Source: Epithemia pelagica
Taxonomy: Eukaryota > Protista > Bacillariophyta
DNA: 64,000 nucleotides
Reading direction: 5' to 3'
NCBI GenBank assembly: GCA_946965045.2
Contig: OX337242.1
Location: forward strand, 2,790,001-2,854,000
In this document: positions 21,341 through 32,760 of the stretch, in pieces
Layout: each line of letters begins with the position of its first letter
Position numbering within the stretch: the stretch's first letter is position 1
Made by a program: the position numbers and the translations under genes
The notes under the pieces: model-generated
What the model saw: the letters and a program-made list of their open reading frames with translations, nothing else
What the model was told of the DNA's origin: nothing
Databases searched by the model: none

Positions 21341-21882
21341 GGCACAATACCTGTCATGTGCGAGACAGTCACTTGGAAACGACAAAAACCCACCAACAAA
21401 TGAGCCAGGACCGCATGCTGGACAATTATTTCCTGGTTTCGCGACCGAACAGTCTGGTGATGCACCGGTGGATGCACGCCTATACCCAGCACCTGGAGCA
21501 CATGGTGCACACCACTTCGAACCAGACGAACGTGTGTACCGAAATGCCCTATTTTATTCACCAATGCATGTTTACACTGCAAGTATTGAGTGACCCTGAT
21601 TTTGAAGAGGCCTGGGTCCAGTTTCGACACGCATTGCGTCCCCACAATGGCTATTGGCAAACGGGAAACACGTCTGGCATGTGTTATGGGGCCAGTCCCC
21701 GCGATAAGCGGGCACGTCGAGATGTACACCACGTCCGGACCCACTGTTTTTGGATCAAAAAGCCACGAGGCCCGGTATCGAAGTATGTCCAATCTCCCGC
21801 CTATCTCCACGACATGGCAGCCGTCCTTCGGGCACATCACACGAACCAAACTCGTCTTGGATCCAATTATGACTTGTCATAA
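21341..21882 (+). pseudogene. 3' fragment of the GT32 gene
   Basis: HNTCHVRDSHLETTKTHQQMSQDRMLDNYF...LGSNYDLS, near-identical to 14200-14740; lacks the DXD region. Confidence 0.85.
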
Positions 21883-22045
21883 TATAACACGCACGCGCAT
21901 AGAAAATATATGGTTTGGTTCGAATTGCGTAGGACCGTGCGATGTTCTAGGTAGGTACCACTGCGACCGCTCGTGCCGCAACCCCGAGTCGTAGTTCATG
22001 GATCCAAAATGGATACACTACAACAAGGCATCCGAACTGGATACA

Positions 22046-23671
22046 CTACAACAAGGCATTGGATTGTTGTTGCAAGGATTTCCCAGTCATGGTTCCGGAC
22101 GGAGAAACGAGTTGGTGGCAAAACTCTCGCCGGGGAGAATCCCGCATCGAGGGGTCCAGGGCCAAAAAGGTGCAGTTTTGTTCCACCAAGCCGCCCCCAG
22201 CGACGGACGAGTCCAAGTTGTCCTTGCGGTTGTTTGGAGTATTCGTTGGATGGTACTGAAACCAGGTAGATGCGGAAGCCTGGTCTCCCATGGTTTCCGT
22301 CAAATAGTACCAGCGTACCGTCGAGGCATTGCCCAACAACCCCGCCAGTTGGGCAAACGTCGATTGGGCCACACCCACCAATGTGGCTTTCGTCGACAGG
22401 GCCAAACAAAAGTCTTGAATGCCCGATTGATTTTGAATCACTCGTACCATCCATCCCTGGTCTGTTAACGCTTGCGCATAGGGCGTCGCTGTGCTCGGAT
22501 ACCGACTGATAATCGCCATTTGGTTAGCACTGTGGGTGTGATTGGTGTTGTTGTTGTTGTTGCCCAATGGAGATTGGGACAAGTTTGGCGGCGGCGGTGG
22601 ACCAAACAAGTGTTGCGCGGTATCGGCTGGCGTCAGTTCCCGATACCGCTGTTTCGGGTTGGAGAGGTTGATTCGTTCAAATTCCGTCACAAAGTTGCGA
22701 AAATGAAAGACCGTCTCATTGTCATTGGGTCGCTGGGCACAACACGACGGATCAATGCGGAACCAGTGCCGAAGATCATAGTACAACTCTTGATCTTGCA
22801 AAATAACAGAGGGGGACAGGAATTTGGACACGGAGAGAAAGGGGATCGAGTAGGGATTGTCGTCGGGAACCGAGGATGGCAAGGGAACGTCGTGGGTGGC
22901 CTTGTTTGGAATTCCACGTGAGCGCTCTTGTTGTTGTTGAGCCTCGTATTGTTCCTTCAACAAGTCTCGCAGCAACTGAATTTGAGACGGCGTTTTGACA
23001 TTGTACAACTCTTTGACGCCCTTGTTTCGTCCCGAGAGCCACTTGGTTTGCGCCTCTTGAATCGGCCCAAAGTGTTCCGAGTCATTGTCCGAACCGACAA
23101 AGTCCATGGTCCGCACTCCCGGAAAGCACTGGGGGAGAACCTTGTGGGCCTTGTGTGCCAGGACGCGAATGACAAGACCGGGCACGGCCGCTTCCAGAGT
23201 GTGTTGAATCTGCCGCGCATGCGCCAAAAACAGGAGCTGATTGCTCATTTGACCCTTCATGCGAACGACCATGGTCAAGGTTCGATGGAACCACGGAGTC
23301 GACGTCGACTCGCCCGTGGAGGAGAAACTGCTGTTGGTCGACTGTTGGATGGTTCCTCGTTCGTCTGGTTGTTTCTTGGTTGGCTGGACGTTGTGATTTG
23401 ATTGGACCAAAGGATGTGTCAGTTGTTGTTCTCCTCGTTTGGATGGTTGGACATAGATTCGCAGGTCCATGTTAACATATCCGTACAACTCCAACAGCAA
23501 GAACACTGCCGCCACCGACACCACCACCAATGCTGCTTTTCGTACGGCTGGTAGAGTCACTCGTCGCTGCCCTTGTTGTTGTGGTGTGGTACTACCAGGA
23601 GTTTTTGGATTCTGTGGTTGCGACCAACGATGCCGCATTTGAGAGGACGCGGAGAATGGGAAGGACGACAT
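22046..23671 (-). CDS. GT11-like protein, copy 2
   Basis: Intact 541-aa ORF, near-identical to 14904-16562 and offset by 7142 bp. Confidence 0.65.
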   Translation of the reverse strand: MSSFPFSASSQMRHRWSQPQNPKTPGSTTPQQQGQRRVTLPAVRKAALVVVSVAAVFLLLELYGYVNMDLRIYVQPSKRGEQQLTHPLVQSNHNVQPTKKQPDERGTIQQSTNSSFSSTGESTSTPWFHRTLTMVVRMKGQMSNQLLFLAHARQIQHTLEAAVPGLVIRVLAHKAHKVLPQCFPGVRTMDFVGSDNDSEHFGPIQEAQTKWLSGRNKGVKELYNVKTPSQIQLLRDLLKEQYEAQQQQERSRGIPNKATHDVPLPSSVPDDNPYSIPFLSVSKFLSPSVILQDQELYYDLRHWFRIDPSCCAQRPNDNETVFHFRNFVTEFERINLSNPKQRYRELTPADTAQHLFGPPPPPNLSQSPLGNNNNNTNHTHSANQMAIISRYPSTATPYAQALTDQGWMVRVIQNQSGIQDFCLALSTKATLVGVAQSTFAQLAGLLGNASTVRWYYLTETMGDQASASTWFQYHPTNTPNNRKDNLDSSVAGGGLVEQNCTFLALDPSMRDSPRREFCHQLVSPSGTMTGKSLQQQSNALL

Positions 23672-24296
23672 GGTCCTGTGGAACAGAGAATCACACAGTG
23701 TGGACGATCATTTGTGTTGTGTTATTATTTTACTTTCGGTCGTCGCAAGGTGAGTGGCTACATGAGGCCAATCCTTTACCATCTGCAAAACAAAAGTTGA
23801 AATATGACGTCAAATCCGGGTTGGACGATGCTATGCTGACGTATTGGGGCTTTCTGATTGGCCTCGTTATCCGCACCGTACCCCTCAGGTCAAGAAGGGA
23901 CCGACGGACGAGCGACGAAGATGAATGACGTGTCCCTCAACGAGATTGCACCTCCACGTCAGGATTGGTTGGGTGAAGTTGGAAGATACTTCCCCAACCA
24001 AATACAAAACGAACAAGAAGTTCATAGGTTGACGAAAGGACGCAACTGCAGTGAATACACGGATCTGATCACCCAGTGTTTTGTTATGGTTTTTTCTTTT
24101 GGCTTCTTTTTCCTCCCTGTCGACCGTGCCAACCACTCTTACGTCTTGTGTTCTTCTTTTTCACCATGAAGTTTGATTGGGTTGGGACTTCGGAATCCTT
24201 GCCCTCTGTGGGGTCGTCAGGTGAGGCGTAATTGGGTCGGGGCAGCGAATCTGTCTCCGTCAGGATTGTACTATTGCCTCCCATACTTCCAAGAAG

Positions 24297-26426
24297 ATGG
24301 CCTGGATGGCGTTAGCAGGGGAGGAATCCCATTGTATGTTTATTCGGGGCGCGAGCGGGAACGACGCTGATTCTTCAAGCACCATATTCTCCTCTCCGGT
24401 TCTGCCTGGTTCCTACATTCAAGATGCGGAATGGTCCGAACTCGAAACATCCCCAAGAAGTCTTGAAAGTTGGCAGGCCACATTCTCGGCAATTCGTGAT
24501 ACGTTCATGTCTTCAGGACAGGATGCAATCGATGGACGAACGGTAGCTGATCTGCTTGAGACCACTAAATCTGAAATCAAGTTTGTGTTTACTCCGGCTC
24601 GAAAGAAGGTCAAGCTGCCTCCGATTCAGGATGACGAGATGGATGTTGATCGCAAGTTGTCCCCTTCGTCGTCGATGGGATCGTCCGTGTCCACTTCCTC
24701 TTTATCATTCGTAAAGGTTCCACATGAACTTGGGACGCAGCCTACATCTGCGTTTAAGAACCTCTCCCAAGGTGCTTGGAAGGACTTGCTTTCGAACGTG
24801 GCCGTGCTGAAGGGAGCTGTCGAGGAAGAACAATCAAAGCGTCGTGGAGTCCATTCTCGCGTTGATCAACAGTTGGACGAGATACACGTGAAGTTGTCAG
24901 TCCTTCACGAGCTGTTGGGTGAGAGACCGGCTGCTTTTGGTACATTGTCGGCGTTTGGTCTGCTGGGTCAGTTGTCAGAGACGGTGGAGTCCATGAGTCA
25001 GACTGTTTTGGATATCAAACAGAAGGAATCGTCGGCGAACGTCCATCCAGAGGTCCACCAACGACTCTTGGTTTTGGAAGATCATGTTGACGATTTTTCG
25101 AGCGAAGTGGACAAGCTTTGCCGGAAGCAAATTGAACAGTTTTTTACGAGTGGAGATTTTTGTAACCACTTCATCGATCCAACCATGAAACTGCTCTCGA
25201 GATCATCGTTAACAACAATGGATCCTGGTGGCAAATGGGATGGAGAGTTGTCGGATTTGAAGACGCGGGTAGCCACCCTCGAAAATGTGGGACCTACAGG
25301 GACTCCGACTGCACCAACGATGGGTCAGACTCCCATGTTCGCCTGGGGAGCAGGTGCTGGTCGACCAGTGGTTGCTCCCCCGACGACAGCAATCCCCAGT
25401 GGATCTGGACCTGTTCCGTCTGTTGCTTTGGTCGCGCTGCAAGAAGAATTGAAGCAGCTAAAAGCAGACGTGAAGGACCTACAAGATCAGGCCGAATCAG
25501 ATTCTATAATCGTCGGTTCTATTGTTTTCTCTTCGCGGAAATTTTGTGACTCACGGTTGTTGCTGCATGGTGCAGATGGGGACCCACACGTCTTCGTAGA
25601 TGCTGTCTCCCTTCTCTCTTTGGCGACATCGGACGCAAGTCTTGACGAAGGACACGCCGCTAACCAACGAGCGACGACGGCTAAGGTCAAGGACAAAACA
25701 CCTTACCATACAGCCTTCATTGCTTCTTTTGACTTGGAAGTCCCGCCTCTACTGGGCAAGGGCAGCGATTCGTCGCTCACAACGAATTCGCGAGCCTTAG
25801 CTGGAGTACCCAAGTTTGTGGACTTCCACCCTCCTTCGGGTCGGGAAGGAATCCACCAGCGAATCTTGGACTACGTGAAGGATGGCCGTAAGACCATTGA
25901 ACAGGCCATCGGAGAACTGTTTGCGTTTGGTTCCGAACCGTCCAGCGTGGCTAAAGAACTTTTGTTGTTAAGCAAAACGTTCTGGGACGACCTATGCCAC
26001 TGGATGGTTCGGTACCACAGAGAAATAAAAGAAGAAAGTGATGCGAGTGAGCATGAAGTGTGGGTGCTAATATCGCACTGCGTTAGAGCAGTCTTTAAAA
26101 GTCTACGTGATGCGCGGGCCCCTGGACGAGCTACGAATACGACGGGTGGTATGCTTTGGGGCACTCTACGAGCCCACGAGGTGATGCGCGAATACAGGGC
26201 TCATGAGTTCAGTGGGCATCCCAAGATTGCCCTCATACTGCATGAGCACCTAATTCGATTCTCCACCCCTCGATCGAAGTTTGATTCTCTTCAGCTCGAG
26301 TTTTCGGAACGGTTGGAGAAGGTCCAACGTTCCATAAACCAGGTAGTTGCTTCGACGAATAAGAAAAGTGGGGGAGGGAACAACAAGGCGGCAACAGGAG
26401 CGGACGCGAAAAACAAAGGAAACTGA
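24297..26426 (+). CDS. gag-like ORF1 of the YR retrotransposon (709 aa, coiled-coil segments)
   Basis: First long ORF in the element; heptad-like segments (LQEELKQLKADVKDLQDQ). Assigned by position. Confidence 0.7.
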   Translation: MAWMALAGEESHCMFIRGASGNDADSSSTIFSSPVLPGSYIQDAEWSELETSPRSLESWQATFSAIRDTFMSSGQDAIDGRTVADLLETTKSEIKFVFTPARKKVKLPPIQDDEMDVDRKLSPSSSMGSSVSTSSLSFVKVPHELGTQPTSAFKNLSQGAWKDLLSNVAVLKGAVEEEQSKRRGVHSRVDQQLDEIHVKLSVLHELLGERPAAFGTLSAFGLLGQLSETVESMSQTVLDIKQKESSANVHPEVHQRLLVLEDHVDDFSSEVDKLCRKQIEQFFTSGDFCNHFIDPTMKLLSRSSLTTMDPGGKWDGELSDLKTRVATLENVGPTGTPTAPTMGQTPMFAWGAGAGRPVVAPPTTAIPSGSGPVPSVALVALQEELKQLKADVKDLQDQAESDSIIVGSIVFSSRKFCDSRLLLHGADGDPHVFVDAVSLLSLATSDASLDEGHAANQRATTAKVKDKTPYHTAFIASFDLEVPPLLGKGSDSSLTTNSRALAGVPKFVDFHPPSGREGIHQRILDYVKDGRKTIEQAIGELFAFGSEPSSVAKELLLLSKTFWDDLCHWMVRYHREIKEESDASEHEVWVLISHCVRAVFKSLRDARAPGRATNTTGGMLWGTLRAHEVMREYRAHEFSGHPKIALILHEHLIRFSTPRSKFDSLQLEFSERLEKVQRSINQVVASTNKKSGGGNNKAATGADAKNKGN

Positions 26427-26516
26427 CAAGCTATTCTTCTCATCGCCACCACGACCGTTTCGGGAAGAAAGCGAAAGGAAAGAGAACAGTCGATTGCTTC
26501 AAAATCACCCACATCG

Positions 26517-29500
26517 ATGGCGACACCTCTCAGCGAGAAAGATAGCGAAGATAAGGTGGCTATAGCCAATTCTTCTTCAACGATCTGCGATGCGGGAGTT
26601 TTGGAGAAAAAGCAAGGAGTGCTCAAGGCATGTGCAGGAGAACACAAAATTGGAATAGTTTGTCGCTCTACCCCGTTCTGGTTTTGGGCTGTGACGACCT
26701 TGGGACAGGTAATATGGATTGACAGGATAGAGGAATCCGACGCCACGATCTGCGAGACGGCCTCGGAACAATGGTCCTCATTGCTTGTAACGAAGAAGCC
26801 TCAAATAATTGGGTCCAAGCGGAGCTCCAATGGAAAGATGAAGCCGGTTTGGCAAAACAAAACGACACATCGTCAAGAAGATGAGAAGCACTGGAACAAG
26901 GCTGATATTGTGTTCTTCGACGATGTCTCTCCCGGACCACACCATCCTGTTTGGTTAGTTCAAGATGGACCAAAGTTCGTCATCTGGTGGAAAAGCAGAG
27001 CGTCTGCTGGACCTCCTTCTTCACTTGACTATTGGAAGACGGCCAAGTTGAGACTGGACCACGGCATCTTGGGAGGCGTCACCACCAATGTAGATTGGAT
27101 GTTCATATCGACGAGGATGTGCCCGAAAGAAAGCACGAGTCGATCGTTTGAAGAATGGTGGGAAGGATCCATCGAGCCAGGACTGTCGTCAACAACAGTC
27201 CGGGGCATTGTTGATCCCATGCTGCATGGACGTCCAAAGTCAAAAATTGTTGGATCCGCCGAATTGTTGGATCGAAAACTAAATTGGAAGGTGGATCGAT
27301 GGCAGGAACATATACTGCCTAGCGTCTTTTCTCCCACGGGCTTTGTATCACGCAAGTTGGGGATACGGGAGTTAGCTTTGGGTCTTGACTTCCCCGCAGT
27401 GTTGAGTAAACGAGCAACCGACTCCGAACTGGAACGCTGGATTGCTAAGATCGGTCCGCCATTCAAAACACGGATTCAGGTGGCACATTTGTTGCGAAGA
27501 TTTTCTGAAGGTGTTACTTCAAAAGTGCTTTCTCCCGAAAGCAACTCAGAGTCGGACTCGAAAAGATCGACGACGGACCACTATGGAATGAAGGAGGACG
27601 ACGGCGAAGTGGTTTCTCCTGACGACATAGATCCATCGTTGATTGTTGTTTCCAATCTGGAAGAAAGGGAAGAGGACCGAAATCTAAAGGCAACCAAGTC
27701 GGACGACGCCTCAATTCCGTATCACCTGTGGAACGATCGCATACTGAGCCACTATTCTTTTGAGACGGCTCCAGAAGTGAAAGAAGCGATCGATGCGTTG
27801 GACATAATTCGCAGAGGAGCACTCCGTTACTGGAAGCGAGTAGTCGCACAAGACTTTTGGACTTGGTGGCGGTTGCACTGCAAAAAGATGGACGACAGGG
27901 AAAGAAAGGCATCGATTGAATCAGGGTTGAGTGCTCTGCGACATTCTGCACTCGCTTCATGGTGGGACTGGGATCAGGGATCGTCACCCTTTTTCTGGAG
28001 AATGCCGGACCTTACCTGGATGACTGAAATGCGAGACGGAGTGAAGCCAATGTACAGGACCTCCGCCTAGATACCGAATTCCCCAGCGACCAAACCCAGA
28101 CCCCATCAGTCTGAATTTAGAAAAGAAGAAGATTGGGAAAGTGAGGCAGAGAGGATACATCGCACCACGTCCAGGTATTCTGTCGCTCACAAGCTTCTTC
28201 TCAGTCCCTAAGGGGACGGATGATATACAAATGGTGTACGACGGCACCAAAAGTGGCTTGAACCACGCGTTGCACGCTCCTTGGTTCGGACTAGCAACGG
28301 TCGACACCATGTTAAGGACGGTAGAAGCGTGTACCTGGTCAGCCGACAACGATTTCGGGGAGATGTTCCTAAATTTTTGGATACACCCCGAAATCCGCAA
28401 GTACACTGGCGTCGACCTTACCACCCTGTTTCCAGAAGAGATGGAAGACGAGAGCGGTACCAAAGGAAAGCGAAAGTGGGAAACTTGGGTGCGATGTGCC
28501 ATGGGGGTAACCGTTTCCCCATATCAAACAACCCAATGTTCACAAAGAGTCAAGCGAATTGTTTTTGGGTGTCGAACAGACCCGGACAACATTTTCCGAT
28601 GGACCGAAGTTCGGCTGAATCTTCCTGGGAACAACGATTATGACCCATCCAAGCCATGGATTTGCAAACTCAGAGAGGATGGACGAATTGCAATTAATGT
28701 CCACACGTATGTGGACGACCTCAGAGAAACCGCACCAACTCAAGAAGAGGCCTGGTTGGCCGCAAGCACCATGGCCAAAGGATCCGCACATTTCGGCCTC
28801 CAAGACGCGGCTAGGAAACGAAGACCGCCAAGTCGGTCACCAGGAGCGTGGGCAGGTGCTGTCGTAGAAACCACAGACGATGCGATATACAAGACAGTCT
28901 CCCAAGAGCGATGTGATAAGACACGCAACCACATAGCGTCGTTGAGAGAATGGTCGAAATCCGAAAAGGAGATCGACCGAAAAGAGTTAGAGAAGATAAG
29001 AGGGTTCCTGGTCTACGTGTCCTTGACTTACCAAAGTCTCGTACCGTACTTGAAGGGAGTTCATCTTACCCTTGAATCGTGGAGACCCGACAGAGATGAG
29101 GAAGGCTGGAGGTTGAAATCGAAGGAACGGAACGAGCTTTTGAATGACGCTGAGGTTATAGGAAGATCGTCCAAGGACCGGCGCCAAAGACTGTAAGGAA
29201 GGCTCGTTGTTTTGATGACGACGTCAGGGCAATGTCCGATTTAACAGCCTCTGAACAACCTCCAAAGCTCTTGGCCAGACCAAAGAAGGGAGCAAGCGTA
29301 GTAATTATATTCGGGGATGCCTCGGGCGAAGGATTCGGCTCATCCCTTTGGGTGTACGGCTCGGATGATGTTGAAACTGAACATGGGTTATGGACCCGGG
29401 AATATGGCGCTCGGTCGTCAAATTTCAGAGAACTTTATAACCTGATTCTGCGGCTAGAGTCCTTGGTTGCATGTGGCAGTTTGAAACAAGGGACGGAAGT

Positions 29501-30242
29501 ATTTATGTTCACGGACAACTCGACAGCCGAGGCCGCGTTCTATCGAGGAACCTCCTCAACAAGACTGCTGTTTGAACTGGTTCTAAGAGCAAGAAAGTTA
29601 GAGATGAACGGTAACATTTTCATGCGAGTGGTCTGGGTGGCGGGTACTCGGATGATATCTCAAGGCACAGATGGACTGTCCAGAGGTGACTTAATGACAG
29701 GAGTCATGTCGGGAAATTCAATGCTGTTTTACGTACCTTTGAACAAGTCGTGTGAAGAGAGACAGCCTGGTGTGGTCGATTGGCTTATCAGAACGTCAGG
29801 AACGGGGTTTTGGAATCTTCTGGACCCACAAGATTGGTATGACAAGGGTTTCGAGCGCGGAAGATTCGTCTGGGCGCCACCGCCCGCAATAGCCGACGTC
29901 GCAGTAGACTTACTTTGCGATTCGAACCACATACGCCCCGACAATGCCCACATTTTCGTTTGTCCAGCGCTCATGAGCAATCGCTGGCGCAAGAAACTGG
30001 GAAAGGTTGCAGACTTTGTCTTCACCATTCCGGTTGATTGTGACATCTGGAGCAAAGAGCAACATGAACCTCTAATAGCTGCGTTTGTTTGCCCTCATTT
30101 ATCTTCCAGGCCATGGCAAGTCTCCAAAGCAAACAGAGTATTGGATGAGACAAGAACTGCCCTGTCTGAAATGTGGGCATCCGGTCCACCCACTGATGGG
30201 CGTTGTTTGCGCAAATTATGGACGTACCAGGGGTACGAGTAA
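26517..30242 (+). pseudogene. pol ORF2: degenerate C5-MTase-like domain + RT + RNase H + DIRS-type MT domain; two frameshifts (~28056, ~29160)
   Basis: RT: FFSVPKG..MVYDGTKSGLN, DNDFGEMFLNF, MG..VSPY, TYVDD. RNase H: FGDASG, SSNFREL, FTDNS, TDGLSR. MT: DW...FVWAPPPA. The three track ORFs rejoin across single-frame shifts (GPPPRYRIPQ; PAPKTVRKARCFDDDV). Confidence 0.88.
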
Positions 30243-31653
30243 ATTGTGCACAAGCGTTTGGCATGCCGGTTGTTATCGCCAAGATGACCGAGACAGATTT
30301 CCCATATTGGAGGCCGGCGATTTGGACGATGCATTGTTGGATACAGAGGGACATGGCGAATTGGAAGATGACGAAAATCGCTTCAGAGAAGCGAGAGATG
30401 GAGACCATCTCATGTGCCCCTTTCAGTGCGACTCATGCACTTTTTATAACTTAAAGGGACGATATGCCAGAGAAGACTCGGAGCAAGACATGTTGTTAGC
30501 GGTGTGCATCCGTCGAGCAATTTTAGATTCCTTTTGGTCGAGAGAAAGATCAACCGTAGAGAAGAACACAAGAGAAATGAAGAATTTGCGAAACTTGGGC
30601 GAGTCAATTGGGCTTGATGAGCCATTGCCCGAGCGTGGCCCATTCCCAATCGGCGACACCCAGGGGGTTGGGATCGCCAGCTTGATGCTCATGAAAACCT
30701 TGAGTGTTGGAAGAAACGCAAAACACATACAATACGAGACGGCAAGAAAAGTAAGGTCAGTGGTGTCCAACTTTGCTCACACGTTGCCAGGATACACTGG
30801 ATTGTCGACCATGGGAGGAAGCGACCGATCATCGATGATGTTCACTGCCAGTCCCACGAACTCCCTGTGGTTCAAAAGATTTATGGCTGGGTGTCACCGG
30901 AGAATGGGTGACGTCTGGATTCCAGACCGAGCAGTTACGTTAGACGAAGTTCACTGTGGATTGGATATCTTGGAGGGGGAATGGAAGAAATCACCACAAG
31001 GACAATGACGACTGGAGCTAGCTCTTACCGGTGCATTGGTGGTAATTGGATTCTGTGCGGCATTAAGAGGCGAAGAAATACCGCAGGTTGATGTTGGATT
31101 GCTGCGAAAATACTGGATGGAGGGCATTAATTACACACCTGCTCCGCACATCCCTCTGGCACTCGCTGGCCGTTTCAAGCAGACGGACGGCACCTTTTGC
31201 CTTTACATCCAACCGCTGGCCATCAAGACAGGATCTGGAATAGAAATACGGGTATGGATCGGACGTGCTATCAAAGAGTTGGAACTGAGGAAAGTAACCT
31301 CAGGACCCATGTTTCGCCGAACAGACAAGACAGGAAAAACCAGACGAGCGCTAGTGGGAGACCTGGATCACCTGTTCCATAGTCTATGGAAGCGCATTCA
31401 ACATCGAAGACCAGACTTGATGGCGGACAATATCAAAGTCGATGAGGTGTACAGCGCGAGGCGATCTTTCAGACGAGGAGCCACCACAACTGCACAAAAC
31501 CGAAAGATCAAGACCGAGGTAATTGAAATGAACAATAGATGGCGGAAACACATTCGGAGCCGAGGAGTCTTGCCCGGAATGACAATGCTGGAGAGATACT
31601 CCGACGCGAAGACTGCAGTGGAAGCCTTGATTCAATTCTCAGCCGGAATGTAA
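30145..31653 (+). pseudogene. Tyrosine recombinase ORF3 with Cys/His-rich N-terminus; in-frame TGA at 31006-31008
   Basis: The two track ORFs are in the same frame. Motifs LRGEE (R), RSFRRG, NRW and ERY (Tyr). Overlaps the end of pol. Confidence 0.85.
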
Positions 31654-32513
31654 GAATGGAGAAACAAGAGAGGAGTAAGAGCAAGGACAACAAGAAGCAG
31701 CGAAGCAGAGAAGACGAAGACAAGAAAGAGAAATTACTTGCATGACCGAAATGGGGGAATTGGCTCGGCTCAACTCTTCGGAGTTGGCCTAGCTCGCTTG
31801 TCGTTGCCAGCTTGCCTGATGATAATCATGTATGAAATCCTCCAAACGTTGACCAGGGCTTGGCAGCTCATGGAATATACGGCAGAGAACTTGTGAAGAT
31901 ATTTCGAGGTGTCTCTGGCTCCGTACTGGGGTTTGGATTGGGATGGATTCTTGATTGGATTCACACTCGCGCGTAACGGACAGACCATGCCAGGATCCGA
32001 GTCCTGACATGACTGGAGCGAATCACGATTCTCGCCTACCTTGGGAAAGGAGGGTGGAGGGCATAGCCCCCCCCCCCCATAGTATTGGTATGCATAGTAA
32101 TAAATGTGTTATATCTATTTGGATGTGAGTTTGCACACGAGATCGTTGAGGAAGCACGACCGTTGGATGAGAAGCGAGGAACTAGTACCGGATAGCGGCT
32201 TGGCGGAGCCAACAAGGGGAACCACACATCGCCCGCCTCGCCAGTAAAATCACCAAACCGTCGCCCCGCTCGCAGCCATGCGAACCACCATCTAGCCATC
32301 ACACATCTCACCACCCTGCTCTACAAAAAAGGTCCGCATCGAACACAGCGGTAGCAGATGTCCACAACAAACAACACACCATCGCCACCCAACAGCAACA
32401 CCACACGTCTATCCAGCACGACAAAAAGCGCACGGACCTTTGTCCCAGCGCCACCTCGCCTTTTATTGGGCACCAACAACCATCCAAACGAGTAGTATTG
32501 TAGTCACCTTTTG

Positions 32514-32760
32514 TGTAGTACCGAAATGCCGGATTGGATTCACCAATGCCTCCTCTTGACACTCCAAGTGTTGCACCAGTACCCCGAGTTGAAAGAGGCT
32601 TGGTCCACCTTTTGACAATACTTGGAGTCCCACAATGGATTTTTTTGGCAAACCGGCCACACGGCGGGAATGTGTTGTGGGCGAGTCAAGACCCAGAGAT
32701 GAGAGTGCGCGGAACGTGCACCACGGATTTGACTCTGTGTGTTTGGAGGCCCGGGATCGG
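32514..32760 (+). pseudogene. 3' fragment of a GT32 paralogue (copy B)
   Basis: Homologous to 17105-17340; same TGA at 32613-32615. Confidence 0.7.

Larger units (their letters stand above)
23874..32190 (+). mobile_element. Tyrosine-recombinase (DIRS-order) retrotransposon, full length, lightly decayed
   Basis: The empty site GTTATCCG|GATAGCGG is seen at 16761-16776. Here GTTATCCG ends at 23873 and CCG|GATAGCGG resumes at 32188, so CCG is duplicated. Gene order is gag, RT, RNase H, MT, YR. Confidence 0.92.

Noticed and set aside
21332-21342. Fold-back templated insertion (TCGTTGCGG) at the chimeric junction
   Set aside because: Equally explained by two substitutions in continued homology to the propeller gene.
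28050-29175. Programmed ribosomal frameshifting in pol
   Set aside because: No slippery heptamer at either shift; the shifts have opposite signs inside conserved domains and are best read as lesions or assembly errors.
23874-32190. LTRs, ITR/ICR or split direct repeats; a 9-bp inverted match CCTCAACGA/TCGTTGAGG near the ends
   Set aside because: No long repeats found by eye; 9 bp is within chance expectation.
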